NCBI RefSeq assembly: GCF_001194135.2
Contig: NC_068986.1
Span: 39,580,970 to 39,644,969 of the forward strand
From: Octopus bimaculoides
Lineage: Eukaryota
Length of the DNA: 64,000 bases
Reading direction: 5' to 3'
In this document: piece by piece, positions 1 through 12,720 of the stretch
Layout: every line of letters begins with the position of its first letter
How positions within the stretch are numbered: the stretch's first letter is position 1
Position numbers and translations under genes: made by a program
The notes under the pieces: generated by a model
The model's input: the letters and a program-made list of their open reading frames with translations, nothing else
Told to the model about the DNA's origin: nothing
The model's database searches: none

Positions 1-1122
1 TTCATTTTTCTTTCTCTCTCCTTTTCTTTCTAGATGTGAGTAGCCATGCAAACCCTCTACAAGAACTTGCACTTCCTCACTACCTTCCCATAGTTCAATC
101 CCTTGTTTGCTAACATAAAGCTGACCCTCATCCCAGGGTGTAGTTCTGCAAGCTGTATGGTGACCTCAATAGTTCAGGTGGCCTGAAAAAATCACCTGAT
201 CCATGTTGTAAAGTGGTTGGCATTAGGGAGGGCATCTAGCTGTAGAAACCAAGCCAAAATAGACATTGGGGCACAATGCTGTCCTTGGACACATTAGATC
301 CTGTCAGACCATCTAACCAATACCAACACGGAACATGGACATTAGACAACAATGACAGTGGCAGCAGTGATCACAATGACAACAATGATATACATATAAT
401 GGGCTTTTTTCAGTTTCTGTCTACCAAATCCACTTACAAAGATTTGGTCAACCTGAGACTATAGTAGAAGACACTTGCCCAAGGTGCCATGGAGTGGGAC
501 TGAACCTGGAACCATGTAGTCGGGAAGCAAGCTTCTTACCACACAACCACACCTCTCTCTCTCTCTCTCTCTCTCNNNNNNNNNNNNNNNNNNNNNNNNN
601 NNNNNNNNNNNNNNNNNNNNNNNNNNNNNNNNNNNNNNNNNNNNNNNNNNNNNNNNNNNNNNNNNNNNNNNNNNNNNNNNNNNNNNNNNNNNNNNNNNNN
701 NNNNNNNNNNNNNNNNNNNNNNNNNNNNNNNNNNNNNNNNNNNNNNNNNNNNNNNNNNNNNNNNNNNNNNNNNNNNNNNNNNNNNNNNNNNNNNNNNNNN
801 NNNNNNNNNNNNNNNNNNNNNNNNNNNNNNNNNNNNNNNNNNNNNNNNNNNNNNNNNNNNNNNNNNNNNNNNNNNNNNNNNNNNNNNNNNNNNNNNNNNN
901 NNNNNNNNNNNNNNNNNNNNNNNNNNNNNNNNNNNNNNNNNNNNNNNNNNNNNNNNNNNNNNNNNNNNNNNNNNNNNNNNNNNNNNNNNNNNNNNNNNNN
1001 NNNNNNNNNNNNNNNNNNNNNNNNNNNNNNNNNNNNNNNNNNNNNNNNNNNNNNNNNNNNNNNNNNNNNNNNTATATATGTATATATATATATGTATATA
1101 TATATATGTATATATATATATG

Positions 1123-1168
<46 letters not shown>

Positions 1169-2654
1169 CACACACAATTATGTGGGCTTTGGCTGGGCTA
1201 GGATTATAGTAGAAGACACTTGCTCAAAGTGTCACATAATGGGACTGAATCCAATATCACATGTTTGTAAGGCAAGCTTCTCAACCACACACCTGTGCCT
1301 TTTATTACTAACTTTAGAAATATTAAGACTGATTGTACATGACTCCATGAATTAAAATTAGAATAATTAGGTTAAATGTAAATGAAAAAAGATACCATAT
1401 TAAATGCTTTGGGACTTTCTATTGTTTTTAATATTTTCCCTTGATTAGAAAAAGAAAAATATCCAATAATTGAGGAAGTGTGTATAATTAATTGTATATA
1501 AATATCACTGAACTGATGTTGGTTCTTATTGTATCAAGTTGATTGAAGAGGAAAAATATTTAAACCTGAACAGGACACCATTCTATTGCTGCTGACATTA
1601 TTCTGTAGGCAAACGGTGCCCTGTACTGCAGGCTGATGAGACATTAAACAATTCACTGTGATAATACAGTTGCTTTCAACTAGAGTTGTTCCTCCCATGT
1701 GGGACCTACTTGCAGCTAAGTGGACTGAGCCATTTCAGAGTTCAGTGTGTCTTGAAATGATGAAAGGCAAAAGTTGACTTAGTGAGACTGGAACACTAAA
1801 TTCGAAGAGATAACCAGATAGACATATATATAGAGGGAGAGAGAGAGAGAGAAAAAAATAGAGATAATGAAGGAGAAAGAAAAAGAGGAAGAGTAAGAGA
1901 GAGAGAGAGGAAGGGGGAGAGGGAAATAGAGATAATGAGGGAGAAAGAAAGAGAAGAAGAGTAAGAGAGAAAGAGATTAATTAGAGTAAAAATTCTTTTT
2001 TAATTTTGGCACAAAGCCAGCAATCTTGAGGGTGGGGGAAGTCAATTACATCAACCCAATACTTGACTGGTACTTTATTTTCTCAACCCTCAAAGGATGA
2101 AAGGTAAGTTGACCTCAATGGTAACTGAACTCAGAACATAAAGAGGCAAAAGTAATGTCTCTAAGCATTTTGTCTGATGGGCTAATGATTCTGTCAGCTT
2201 GATACCTTTTAGAGGGCAAAGTTAATCTTAGTGAGATTCGAACTTAAAGAACTAGAACAAGTTCTTTAAGGGTTCGTTTTTTTTTGCTGCTCTTATGATT
2301 CAGCCAAACTATCATTTCTTCCATTTACTCATCCCACTTCTGTTATGTAGTTAACCCTTTCCAGATCATGATATTCCATAAGTCTCTTTTCCAGACAATA
2401 AGAATCAATGTCATTTTCTTTCGTGCTATACAGATGAGAGATACATTTCCACCTGGATAGAATGCTAATTTTGTAAATAGCTTTTCTCATAGGAGGAATT
2501 GAATTTAGAACTGCAAATGAATCAATGAACCAGTAAGAATGAGATTACAGTGCAGAATTAAGCTACCCTGTAGTACCCATTTCAAATGAGGTGGACTTGA
2601 GCTATTGTAAGTTAAGTAACTTGTTTACTGATTTAAAAGAAGTATCAATGTTAA

Positions 2655-3272
2655 CCCTTTAGCATTTAAAATGGTCATATATGGCTCAAATATTCTATGT
2701 GTCTTATGTTCAAACCAGACACATCTAACCCCTTATACCTATCCTAAAATATCATTCAAAGGATACAACCACTTCATCAAAATCTTGAAGCTATGAGAAA
2801 ATGCATGATTAATTTAAAATGATGTAAATAAGTGGAGGCGCAATGGCCCAGTGGTTAGGGCAGCGGTCTTGCGGTCATAGGATCGCGGTTTCGATTCCCA
2901 GACCGGGCGTTGTAAGTGTTTATTGAGCGAAAACACCTAAAGCTCCACGAGGCTCCGGCAGGGGATGGTGGCGAACCCTGCTGTACTCTTTCACCACAAC
3001 TTTCTCTCACTCTTTCTTCCTGTTTCTGTTGTGCCTGTAATTCAAAGGGTCAACCTTGTCACACTGTGTCATGCTGAATCTCCCTGAGAACTACGTTAAG
3101 GGTACACATGTCTGTGGAGTGCTCAGCCACTTGCACATTAATTTCACGAGCAGGCTGTTCCGTTGATCAGATCAACTGGAACCCTCGACGTCGTAAGCGA
3201 CGGAGTGCCAACAATAACATGATGTAAATAAATAAGTATTACATTTGACAAAGTAATCTAATGCTAAAAGGG
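2655..3272. mobile_element. TTAA-type (piggyBac-like) MITE split by a SINE
   Basis: ttaa|ccctttagcat ... atgctaaaaggg termini. Same family as 56333-56842. Confidence 0.7.
2832..3218 (+). mobile_element. Young tRNA-derived SINE (family B)
   Basis: tggcccagtggtt A-box, gtttcgattcc B-box, CpGs retained, 13-bp TSD atgatgtaaataa at 2819-2831 and 3219-3231. Confidence 0.9.
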
Positions 3273-3769
3273 CTACCTGTTGACAATAAATGTGCCTTTG
3301 ACCTCTTACCTGGTGACAAATTGTAAAGGGTCAACCTTTGACAATACACCATAAAGTCAGACAGTGAATTTAAGGTATGCCTATTAAGTGGTGACAAGTC
3401 AAAAACTGTCAACCTTTTACCAAGATGTCCAACCTTTGACAAGAAGTGTATAAACTGCAATATCTCAACTAGTGATAAGATATGAACTGTTTTCTTTTGA
3501 TCTGGATATCTAGTGACCTTATATATGTGAGTGTGCATGTGTGTGTGTGCATGCATATATACAAAATAAATATCTACACTGGCTATAATCTTTACGGTTA
3601 CCAAACATCAATGTGATGCTATGGAAATAAAACAAAAAGTGGTGAAGATGGAGAGGGGGAATTTCCAAGTACAAAGGGTGTCCATTAAGGAAACCAAGCA
3701 AAATTAATAACAGTAGGTGAATGGACTGTTTTATTGTTGCCCATTGTTTTAATCTTTGTTACCCAACAG

Positions 3770-3832
3770 TAGCATGGGTTAGTGAAGTCAACGTAGACAC
3801 ACTTGGCACTTGGCCATTTGGACAAAATACTG
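3770..3832 (+). CDS. Candidate exon of an unidentified gene
   Basis: Good acceptor tttaatctttgttacccaacag. Reads (V)AWVSEVNVDTLGTWPFGQNT but needs a non-canonical G|gcaaga donor. Confidence 0.3.
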
Positions 3833-4242
3833 GCAAGAGATAAGTTATTAACTGGTCTTATTGTACGTGTATGTGTGCGCATGCGTGTGTGTGTGTGTGA
3901 GGAAGAGAGGGAAAGAAAGAAAGACAGGCATGTTTGTGGTTGTGTATGTAAAATATCATTTTGTATATTTCAGTGAAAGAGTAAAACATGTTTATGGAGA
4001 CAGATGTTTTTACAGCTTGTCACCTTTCGCACTTGCACACACACACACACACAAACACACACGTATATATTCATATATTTGTATGTAAAGACACATGCAC
4101 AGATACATATATAAGCTCATTTATAAAAGATATCTGTGTGTGTGTGTGTATTTGTAACTATATATTGAGAGAAAGAGAGAAAAAGAGAAAGAGTACGATG
4201 AATTTATAGAGGCATAGAATTTTACATAAACACACATGTAGC

Positions 4243-4274
<32 letters not shown>

Positions 4275-4561
4275 TGTATGTATGTATGTATATACATACA
4301 TATACACATACATACACATACACATACATACATATACACACATATGTAATATATACATAAAACCCTAGCCATTGCCTATATATATGTAGATATAAACTCT
4401 TGACCCTTGTATTACTTTTGTAACTTTTCTGCCAATTAAAAATAATATATATATTTATATTTTTTCATGTATTTATATTTCTTCCACACTCACACACACA
4501 CTTAGATATACATACACACACACATAAAACCCTAAGAATCTCCTATGTATGTATGTATGTA

Positions 4562-4625
<64 letters not shown>

Positions 4626-6049
4626 CTTATGTGATGATGATTGAGAAGTAGTTAGTCTATCGTGTTTGACAATGACTTAGCAACTGCCAAAAAAAAAGAA
4701 AGCAAAAAAGAATGTAAATATATAAAAGAAGAGAAAAAGAAATGAGGAAGAAACAAGAAGAAAATACCTAAAGTTACTGTATTCATCCACTGCTGATCTA
4801 TGATGATAGTGACTTCAACTATACAGTACTACAGCAGGGAACACATCCAAGGAAGGGACCCCAAAAATCACAACTGTTACTCCTGCCAATAATATACCTT
4901 CTTGCACCTGAAGCTACAGAAGTGATGTCATTTCATTGTTGTAAATGTGCAACACTCCCTCGGTAGCTCACAAATGTCCACCATCTGTGGCTCCAAGGTG
5001 TTTTAGCCATCAGCAGTTAATCAATGAAGACCTTAACTGACTATGAAGCACTTCAGCAAGAGATGCACTTAGATGATATGGCAGGGCAGAAAAACCACAA
5101 CTGCTTCATCATATACAACTACACCTTCTCTGCACCTGGTGAAGGCACATGGCTTAGTGGTTAGGGTGTTGGACTCATGATTGTAAGATTGTGGTTTCGG
5201 TTCCTGGACTGGGCAATGCATTGTGTTCTCTAGGAAAACACTTCATTTCACATTGCTCCAGTTCACTCAGCTGGCAAAAAATGAGTAATCCTACAAAGGA
5301 CTCGTGTTCTGTCCAGGTGGGGAATATATACGCCATGAAAACCAGGAAACCAGCCTTTATGTGTTGGTATGACTCGAGAAAGAAACTTTATCTTGGCACC
5401 TGAAACTACGGAAGTGGTGATATTTCATTGACACAGATGTGTGAAATACCTCAGCTATCACAAGACAATTTGAATCTTAGTTGGAGGTCTGTCAATACTG
5501 TGTGATGCAGTCTTATTTGCTAGACACCGATGCTAGATTAGCACAAGGTTTATTAAAGGGAGAAAGAGCTGCATGTATACATGTTACACATGTACATTAG
5601 GCTCAAGCCTCTTGTTCTCATACAATACACCCAGTGGCAAGATAAAGTCAAAACCACAGAGATTAAATGAGATTGCAGGAGGGAATCTGGCTGTAGAAAA
5701 TCTGCCTCAGTGAATTGTCTGGCCTAATACATACATTAGAATGATGATGGTGAATCAATAATGATATATATCTGTATATGTGTGTGTGTGCTTCTGTATG
5801 TGTGAGTGCACATGTGTGTGTGTATGTGTGTGAATACATATATATATATATGTGTTTGTGTGTATAATATATATGTATATATATATATATATATNNNNNN
5901 NNNNNNNNNNNNNNNNNNNNNNNNNNNNNNNNNNNNNNNNNNNNNNNNNNNNNNNNNNNNNNNNNNNNNNNNNNNNNNNNNNNNNNNNNNNNNNNNNNNN
6001 NNNNNNNNNNNNNNNNNNNNNNNNNNNNNNNNNNNNNNNNNNNNNNNNA

Positions 6050-7275
6050 GTACAATAGGTGTAAAATAACATGTAGTAAACGAATATGAAAAAAATGCTC
6101 GCTGGCGAATGGGGGGTGGGGGCGGAGGAGAGGACTTGGAAAATTCACACCGGGAATGTTCCTGTTCATTGGCGAAATTTTTTTTCTTCATATTCGTTAA
6201 CTACACATTATTTTACACCAAGTACACTATTTTTTATTCAATTTTTGTGACGGAGGGTGGGTGGGGTGCAGACTCAGATAATTCTTACAATCCAGAAACC
6301 TCACTTCGACACCTGGTCTCAAAAATGCAAACAAAATAGTGTAATAGGTGTAAAGCAACATGTAGTAAATGAATATGAAAAAAAAATGTGTACTAGCGAC
6401 ACTATTTTTTTCATTTTTGTGACTGAGTGTTAACATTGAGTTTTCAGATCCTGTGAGATTGATCGTGTGAATTTTCCAAGTCCTCTCTCCTGCTCCCATT
6501 TGCCAGCGTGCATTTTTTTCATATTCAATTACTACATGTTGTTTTACACCAATTACACTATTTTTGTTTTTCATTTTTGTGACCAGGTGTTAACATTGAG
6601 TTTTCGGATTCTGTGAGATTGATCATGTGAATTTTCCAAGTCCTCTCCTCTGCCCTCTCCCCGTTCGCCAGCGCGCATTTTTTTCATATTCGTTTTCTAC
6701 ATGTTGTTTTACACCTATTACACTACTTTTTATTTTGCTTGGGTCAAACACTGGAGTTTGACCAAAAAAACCCCAACAAAAACAGTAACCAAAAGGGCAG
6801 ATGTAAAGAATGTGGATTACACCCCCTTTCATTTTTTTATTTATTTTACACAATCCCCCATTTTTGAGTGCAGAGATTCTGATTCTGCAAAAAAAAAACA
6901 ACAAAAAAAACAGCATTTTAAAATTTTAATTTCCCCACCAATTCTTCAATTTTCACTTTTTTCAGAAATTTCTTTTTGCGAAATACATAGGAAAATACGG
7001 AGAAAAATACGAACAAAACAATTTTGTAAAATTTCAATTTTTAAGAAAAAAGTGAAAACTGAAGAATATGGGAGGGGGTTGGGGATGGGGGAATTTAAAA
7101 ATTTTAAGATGCCATATTTTTTGCAGAATCAGAATCTCCATATCTGAAAATGGGGGATTCTGTAAAAAAAAAAATAAAAAAACAAAAAGCGGGTACAGTC
7201 CACATTCTTTATGTTCGCCACCAAAGGAAGAAAAAAAGAAACAACAACAAAAAGCTGAAAGGAAACAACCACTAA
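6050..7275. repeat. Complex foldback-like repeat (about 170-nt units in both orientations plus a separate about 100-bp inverted pair)
   Basis: Unit ggtgtaaaa.aacatgtagtaaa.gaatatgaaaaaa at about 6058 and 6345, with reverse complements at about 6180, 6500 and 6680. Inverted pair 6796-6895 / 7118-7222. Confidence 0.8.
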
Positions 7276-7836
7276 TTTTTAAATAATTTATCCGAGTGTG
7301 TGTACACACATGCAAGCATGGCTTGTGTGATTAGCAAGTTCATGTTGCAACCAACATGATTTCAAATTCAGTCCACTGCAAAACATCTTGGGCAAGTGTC
7401 TGCTTCTAGAACTCTAGAGTGACCAATGCCATGTGAGAGAACTTCAGATTCAAAAACAGCAGGGAGCAGTGTGTGTGAGTATGTGTGTTTGTTTGTGTAT
7501 GAATGTTCTTCAATGGTTATATATTGTGTTTGTCACTACAGTGTTGATACTGGCATTCATGGTTGACATTATGACAGGTCACCTCATGCATTTTTTTGAA
7601 ATACAATTAAGAGTTGGTGACAGGGAGAGCACCCTGCTGTCACATGTCTCAAATAAACCGCAATCCAAACTGTGGCATAGCGGTTGATACACTAGAAATG
7701 AAAAGGACGGTTAGTGGATGATGCACAGAAAGAGACTGAAAGTGACATCAAGTGAGGGATTTGATGGGCCTCGTTTTTGCATGGGCAGGTGGAGAGAAGT
7801 GAGATATGCAGATGGAGTCCTCGGGTATTCTAGTTT

Positions 7837-7847
<11 letters not shown>

Positions 7848-7891
<44 letters not shown>

Positions 7892-7921
7892 CACTACCAC
7901 CACCATCACCATCACCATCAT
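7848..7921. repeat. (TAC)n/(CAC)n microsatellite
   Basis: Seen directly. Confidence 0.95.
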
Positions 7922-8046
7922 TGAGTCACATGGCAAGTTCTAGTTGGGTGCTGAAGAATTCCTTTCAGAGCAAGTCAAAGCAAGAGATTTTTGTATCCTT
8001 TTCATTTCACAAGCCCATGGTAGCAGGGTAAGACAGAACACACGCA

Positions 8047-8263
8047 CGAGGTGGTGCTGAAAAGTTCCTGGCTTTGGGTAAAAGAAAATACAGGAAGATC
8101 AGTTAATTATGATTTTATTCAACATATCCTCCTCTCGGATCCACACACTTATTGAAGTGATCCTTCAGTTTTTTTAAGCTCTATAAAAGAACTTGGAATG
8201 TTGGGCCTCCAACCAGACCTTTCATGATATCCTTAGAGCCAGAAACTTTTCAGTGCCCCCTCG
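8047..8263. mobile_element. Mariner-type MITE
   Basis: TIRs cgaggtggtgctgaaaagttcctggct / agccagaaacttttcagtgccccctcg. Confidence 0.8.
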
Positions 8264-8269
8264 TGTATA

Positions 8270-8795
8270 TATAAGTATGAATGCATGTATGTATGTCATC
8301 ATTCAGCTCTATTTAAAGATTTCTAGCCAAAAGAAAAAGAGCCGGTTTCTAACCTAGATCCAAGGTTTCTTCATTAAAATTTCAACAACATCAACAGGGT
8401 ATATTTGTATGTAAACCTGCAGATTTGTATGTTTTGTTTTATGCATGTATTTTCATGCATATTGCTGCATGTCAAGACATATTCATATATACTTAAATGT
8501 TAAACTTCTGGAAAGTTTTACAGATTTTTACAGTTCCATTTATGGCTTGGATCTATTGACTTTCTGGCAGTCTTTTTCTTTTCTGGTTTTGAGAAGTCTA
8601 ATTTCTCAACATTGGTATTTAGGCAGTGTGTTACACATCCCATTACCCCAATAATTACAGGTATAAACCTAAACATGTAATCTGGATGGAGTAACTGTAG
8701 ATTTCCCAATAGTTCAGCATAGGTATTTCCTTCTTCACTGATCTTTAGTTTTTTGTTAACATCTGCTGGGTGGCTAACTTCCACAGCTGTACACA
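8270..8795 (-). mobile_element. 5'-truncated R4/NeSL-type non-LTR retrotransposon (REL endonuclease C-terminus + 3' UTR)
   Basis: VEVSHPADVNKKLKISEEGNTYAELLGNLQLLHPDYMFRFIPVIIGVMG...GTVKICKTF resembles the restriction-like endonuclease tail. Confidence 0.7.
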
Positions 8796-8849
8796 ATTTC
8801 TCTTCTCTATCTCAAATCAGTGTGTGTGTGTGTATGTGCGGGCATGCAT

Positions 8850-9100
8850 GTTTTTGTTACCAACTTTGACCCTCCATAAATCCCAAATTTTATTTTAGCT
8901 TTTGTGGAAGCAACTGCCTTTGAAGACTCATATTGTCGTTCAAAGCTCAAAATGAGGAGTAGATAGGCAGCCAACAACTGATGAAGGGTTGTTCTTTATG
9001 TTACTAGCTCTTTTTTTTACATTTGTTTCTCTCGTTTGTGTGTTCAACTCATTTGTTCTTGCATTTCATGTTGTTTACTACTTGTGACATTCTGTACCCA
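8850..9100 (+). repeat. Dispersed repeat ending in (TA)n, with an inverted copy at 15401-15570
   Basis: gaagactcatattgtcgtt...ataggcagccaacaactgatgaag is shared between the two loci. Confidence 0.7.
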
Positions 9101-9109
9101 TATATACAT

Positions 9110-9144
<35 letters not shown>

Positions 9145-9465
9145 NNNNNNNNNNNNNNNNNNNNNNNNNNNNNNNNNNNNNNNNNNNNNNNNNNNNNNNN
9201 NNNNNNNNNNNNNNNNNNNNNNNNNNNNNNNNNNNNNNNNNNNNNNNNNNNNNNNNNNNNNNNNNNNNNNNNNNNNNNNNNNNNNNNNNNNNNNNNNNNN
9301 NNNNNNNNNNNNNNNNNNNNNNNNNNNNNNNNNNNNNNNNNNNNNNNNNNNNNNNNNNNNNNNNNNNNNNNNNNNNNNNNNNNNNNNNNNNNNNNNNNNN
9401 NNNNNNNNNNNNNNNNNNNNNNNNNNNNNNNNNNNNNNNNNNNNNNNNNNNNNNNNNNNNNNNNN

Positions 9466-9508
<43 letters not shown>

Positions 9509-10317
9509 CTGTGTGTGTGCATGTATGTAATATATGTATGTAATATACATACAAATATAATAATATAATTATGTGTGTGTGTATGTGTGTTTGTGTATTT
9601 ATTTATTTATTCATTCATTCTAATATTTTGTAGTACAACACAAATAAAAAAAAACTCAACACACCTTTGTATTAGAAATGTGTCATGTCTGATGTATGTA
9701 AATCCTCTTTAACATCCATATGACATACATATATTTATGAGATATGCCAGTATTTTGTGAGAATACATACATATACACATATATACATACATATATATGG
9801 ATATATGAATCAGTAAAGTACTGCTAATATTATAGGTGGTCTTTTTTTTTATTACCTAAATAACATTACTGGTATAACAGGGTGAATGGAATGTAAGGTA
9901 AGTCAAGCTGCTGCTTATTCAATCAACTGGCCCCAGCTCCCATTCCAGCCCCCAACTTCAGCTCCAGCCCTTGGCCCTCTCTTCTTTGCCATGTCTATCA
10001 ACTTCTATTATGATTACATACAGCTGAAGTGATCTATTCTCATGCATTCCACTTGAAAGCTGTTGTACACACTATATGCAACCAGCTGCCAATTTCTCTC
10101 TTGAGCTTGAGCTTTTCAGGGTTTATTTAGTCACCCAGTAACCAAAACAAAACAACAACAATAACAACAAAAAGCTGAAAGAAAACAACCTCTAATTCTT
10201 GTATAATTTATTATTTTTTTTAATATTATTGTTCTTGTTCTTACTCTTCTTTTTCTTCTTCTTCCTCATCCCACCACCAGTACTACTATTACCACTACAT
10301 CCCTCCCTTACACCACA

Positions 10318-10490
<173 letters not shown>

Positions 10491-10508
10491 TGCTCATCCT
10501 TGATTCAG

Positions 10509-10573
10509 AAGAAGAATATATTGCAGCAAATATTGCAAAGTGCTTGGCATTTTTTCCTGAAACTCTTCAAAAA
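10509..10573 (+). CDS. Candidate exon of an unidentified gene
   Basis: ctcatccttgattcag acceptor and AAA|gtaata donor. Reads (E)EEYIAANIAKCLAFFPETLQK, phase 1 to 0. Confidence 0.38.
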
Positions 10574-10586
10574 GTAATAATAATAA

Positions 10587-10625
<39 letters not shown>

Positions 10626-11432
10626 AATAAAATAAGAAAAGGAACATTTTTGTGCTGACAGATATCATTCCACTTCTGATGGTTAATTCGTCTTTAATTA
10701 ATACCTGTAAATGAAAAGTAAACACTACAATAAGAGAGAAGATGGGGAAATTTCAACAATGCCGTTGACAGATGCCATGAATAGATAACTCCGATAAATA
10801 GACAGAGTCATGCAATATAACCAAACAGCAAAAACAGAGTTGATAGTGGGGTGATGGTGGTGGTGGTGGTGGCAGAGAAAATTGTTGCAAGTGGGAGGCA
10901 GAGAGGAGACAACAATGAATATTACAGATGGAAACCCCCCAAAAAACATTGAAATTTTTACTTTTACACAAGCAGAAAAGAGATAAAGCAAAAAAAATTA
11001 TAAAGAATATACATATATGTGTGTGTGTGTGTGTGTGCTTGTGTGCATGAGTAAGTATATATATAGATATAAATATGTTATATATATTACACACACATAC
11101 ATACATGCACACATACATACATGTGTGTGCGTGTATACATACTCACTAGAAAATGGTGATATATTAGCTTAGCAATAACAGAGAGAAACAGATTTTGCTA
11201 AATATTGGAGAAACTTTAAAGCAAGCACATATGAAGCCAAAATATAAACAAAAACTATCTAAAGTAATATATACACACATATGCATACACACACACACAC
11301 ACACACGTATGTATGTATGTATGTGTATGAGGTTATTCTGAATTCTCTTTAGCATTTAAATAGTGTATACAGTTTTTATTTTATTACAGTTCTGCTGTTA
11401 AGTATTTTCAATATATCTTTGCTGTTCTGGTC

Positions 11433-11463
<31 letters not shown>

Positions 11464-11514
11464 TACATATATATATGTAATCGAATTTGGTTCAATTTCT
11501 ATTTCACTTGCCCC

Positions 11515-11765
11515 AGTGACATGTAAAAAACACTATTTGAGCGTGGCCGTTGCCAGTACCCTGTGACTGGCCCTCGTGCTATAAAAGCACCCACTATACT
11601 CTTGGAATGGTTGGCATTAGGAAGGGTATCCAGCTGTAGAAACTCTGCCAGATCAGATTGGAGCCTGGTGCAGCCATCTGGTTCACCAGTCCTCAGTCAA
11701 ATCGTCCAACCCATGCTAGCATGGACAGTGGACGTTAAACGATGATGATGATGATGATGATGATA
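11515..11765 (+). mobile_element. RTE LINE 3' UTR fragment with (GAT)n tail
   Basis: Matches the 53.9-54.17 kb UTR. Related copies lie near 190-360, 43790-43985, 44375-44535 and 46815-46980 (+), and 19470-19700, 55860-55990, 56360-56650, 57030-57300 and 63325-63490 (-). Confidence 0.75.
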
Positions 11766-11995
11766 TGTAATATATTATTTCATATATTTTAGAAAATTGT
11801 CATTATCAAAGACAAGAGAATATTCTATTCATTATACTAAATATGACACAACATAATAAATCAAATGTAAGAGTCCAAAGTCTGTGGAAATTTGGGGGAG
11901 GGGAGCAATGAAAACACTTTGAACGTCTTGGGTTGGATTTGGGCTTGCACCCTCTAAAAAATTTCGTTTCCACACTTATTTGTGATACTTTCAAG

Positions 11996-12079
11996 CAATT
12001 CAAAGCTACAGATTCAGTTGAAGAGCTGCTTAAGTCTGGAGGACCAACAAATCACAATGAAACCCAGCCTCTATTATGA
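11996..12079 (+). CDS. Candidate terminal exon ending in an acidic dileucine motif
   Basis: Pyrimidine-rich ...ctttcaag acceptor, phase 0. Reads QFKATDSVEELLKSGGPTNHNETQPLL*; ETQPLL fits [DE]xxxLL. Confidence 0.42.
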   Translation, partial: QFKATDSVEELLKSGGPTNHNETQPLL

Positions 12080-12499
12080 TTCACTTTCAACAAAATCTAT
12101 GCAATTCAATACATCAGGCTGTTTTAAATGTGCCCTCTGGTTCCTGTAGTTATATTCAAAGCAAAAATTTAGTGACATGAAAAGTTTTCATTTGTCAGTG
12201 GTTCAGATATTGGTTCCAAATTTTGGGTCAAGGCCAGTTTATTTGGGGGAGTGGGTTACTCAATTACTCAACTGGTAATTGCTTTAATGACACTAAAAAG
12301 ATGAAAGGCAAAACTGACCTTCCCAAAATTTGAACTCAAAGCATGAAGATGGACGAAATACTGCTAAGTATTTTGTCGGGTGTGCTAACAGTTCTGCTAG
12401 TTTGCTACCTTATCAATGATTCAGATATTACCTTCATGATGTGTAATGGATAAGACTGACGATATGTAAACACATCATTGACTCAAAAGCCAGTGAGAC

Positions 12500-12720
12500 A
12501 GACTACTTCCTGAAGACTTTATTTGGTTATGAAGCCATATTTCATATTGGGGGTAGTGTCAACAAATTAAATCGTCTACTAGGGGTTATGAAAACCTGCA
12601 GGACAAACCTTTATCATTGCTTTCAATTGACAAAAGTTAGTATTAGAGTAGGCTGTACAATATGGCATCTATCTGATCTCTTTTTCATTTTATTTTTGAT
12701 ACCACTATAACTAAGGATAA
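12500..12720 (+). mobile_element. Very old Tc1/mariner fragment
   Basis: Degenerate EAIFHIGGSVNK.NR motif, like DEAHFHLNGYVNKQN. Confidence 0.4.

Noticed and set aside
448-1201. Long ORFs containing X runs, here and at every other gap
   Set aside because: Artefacts of N gaps and flanking dinucleotide repeats.
2493-2532. Micro-exon GGIEFRTANESMN
   Set aside because: Splice sites are plausible, but it is not phase-compatible with the next candidate and has no recognisable homology.
6050-6760. CRISPR-like or regularly spaced array
   Set aside because: The units are long, in mixed orientation and lack unique spacers; the context is eukaryotic.
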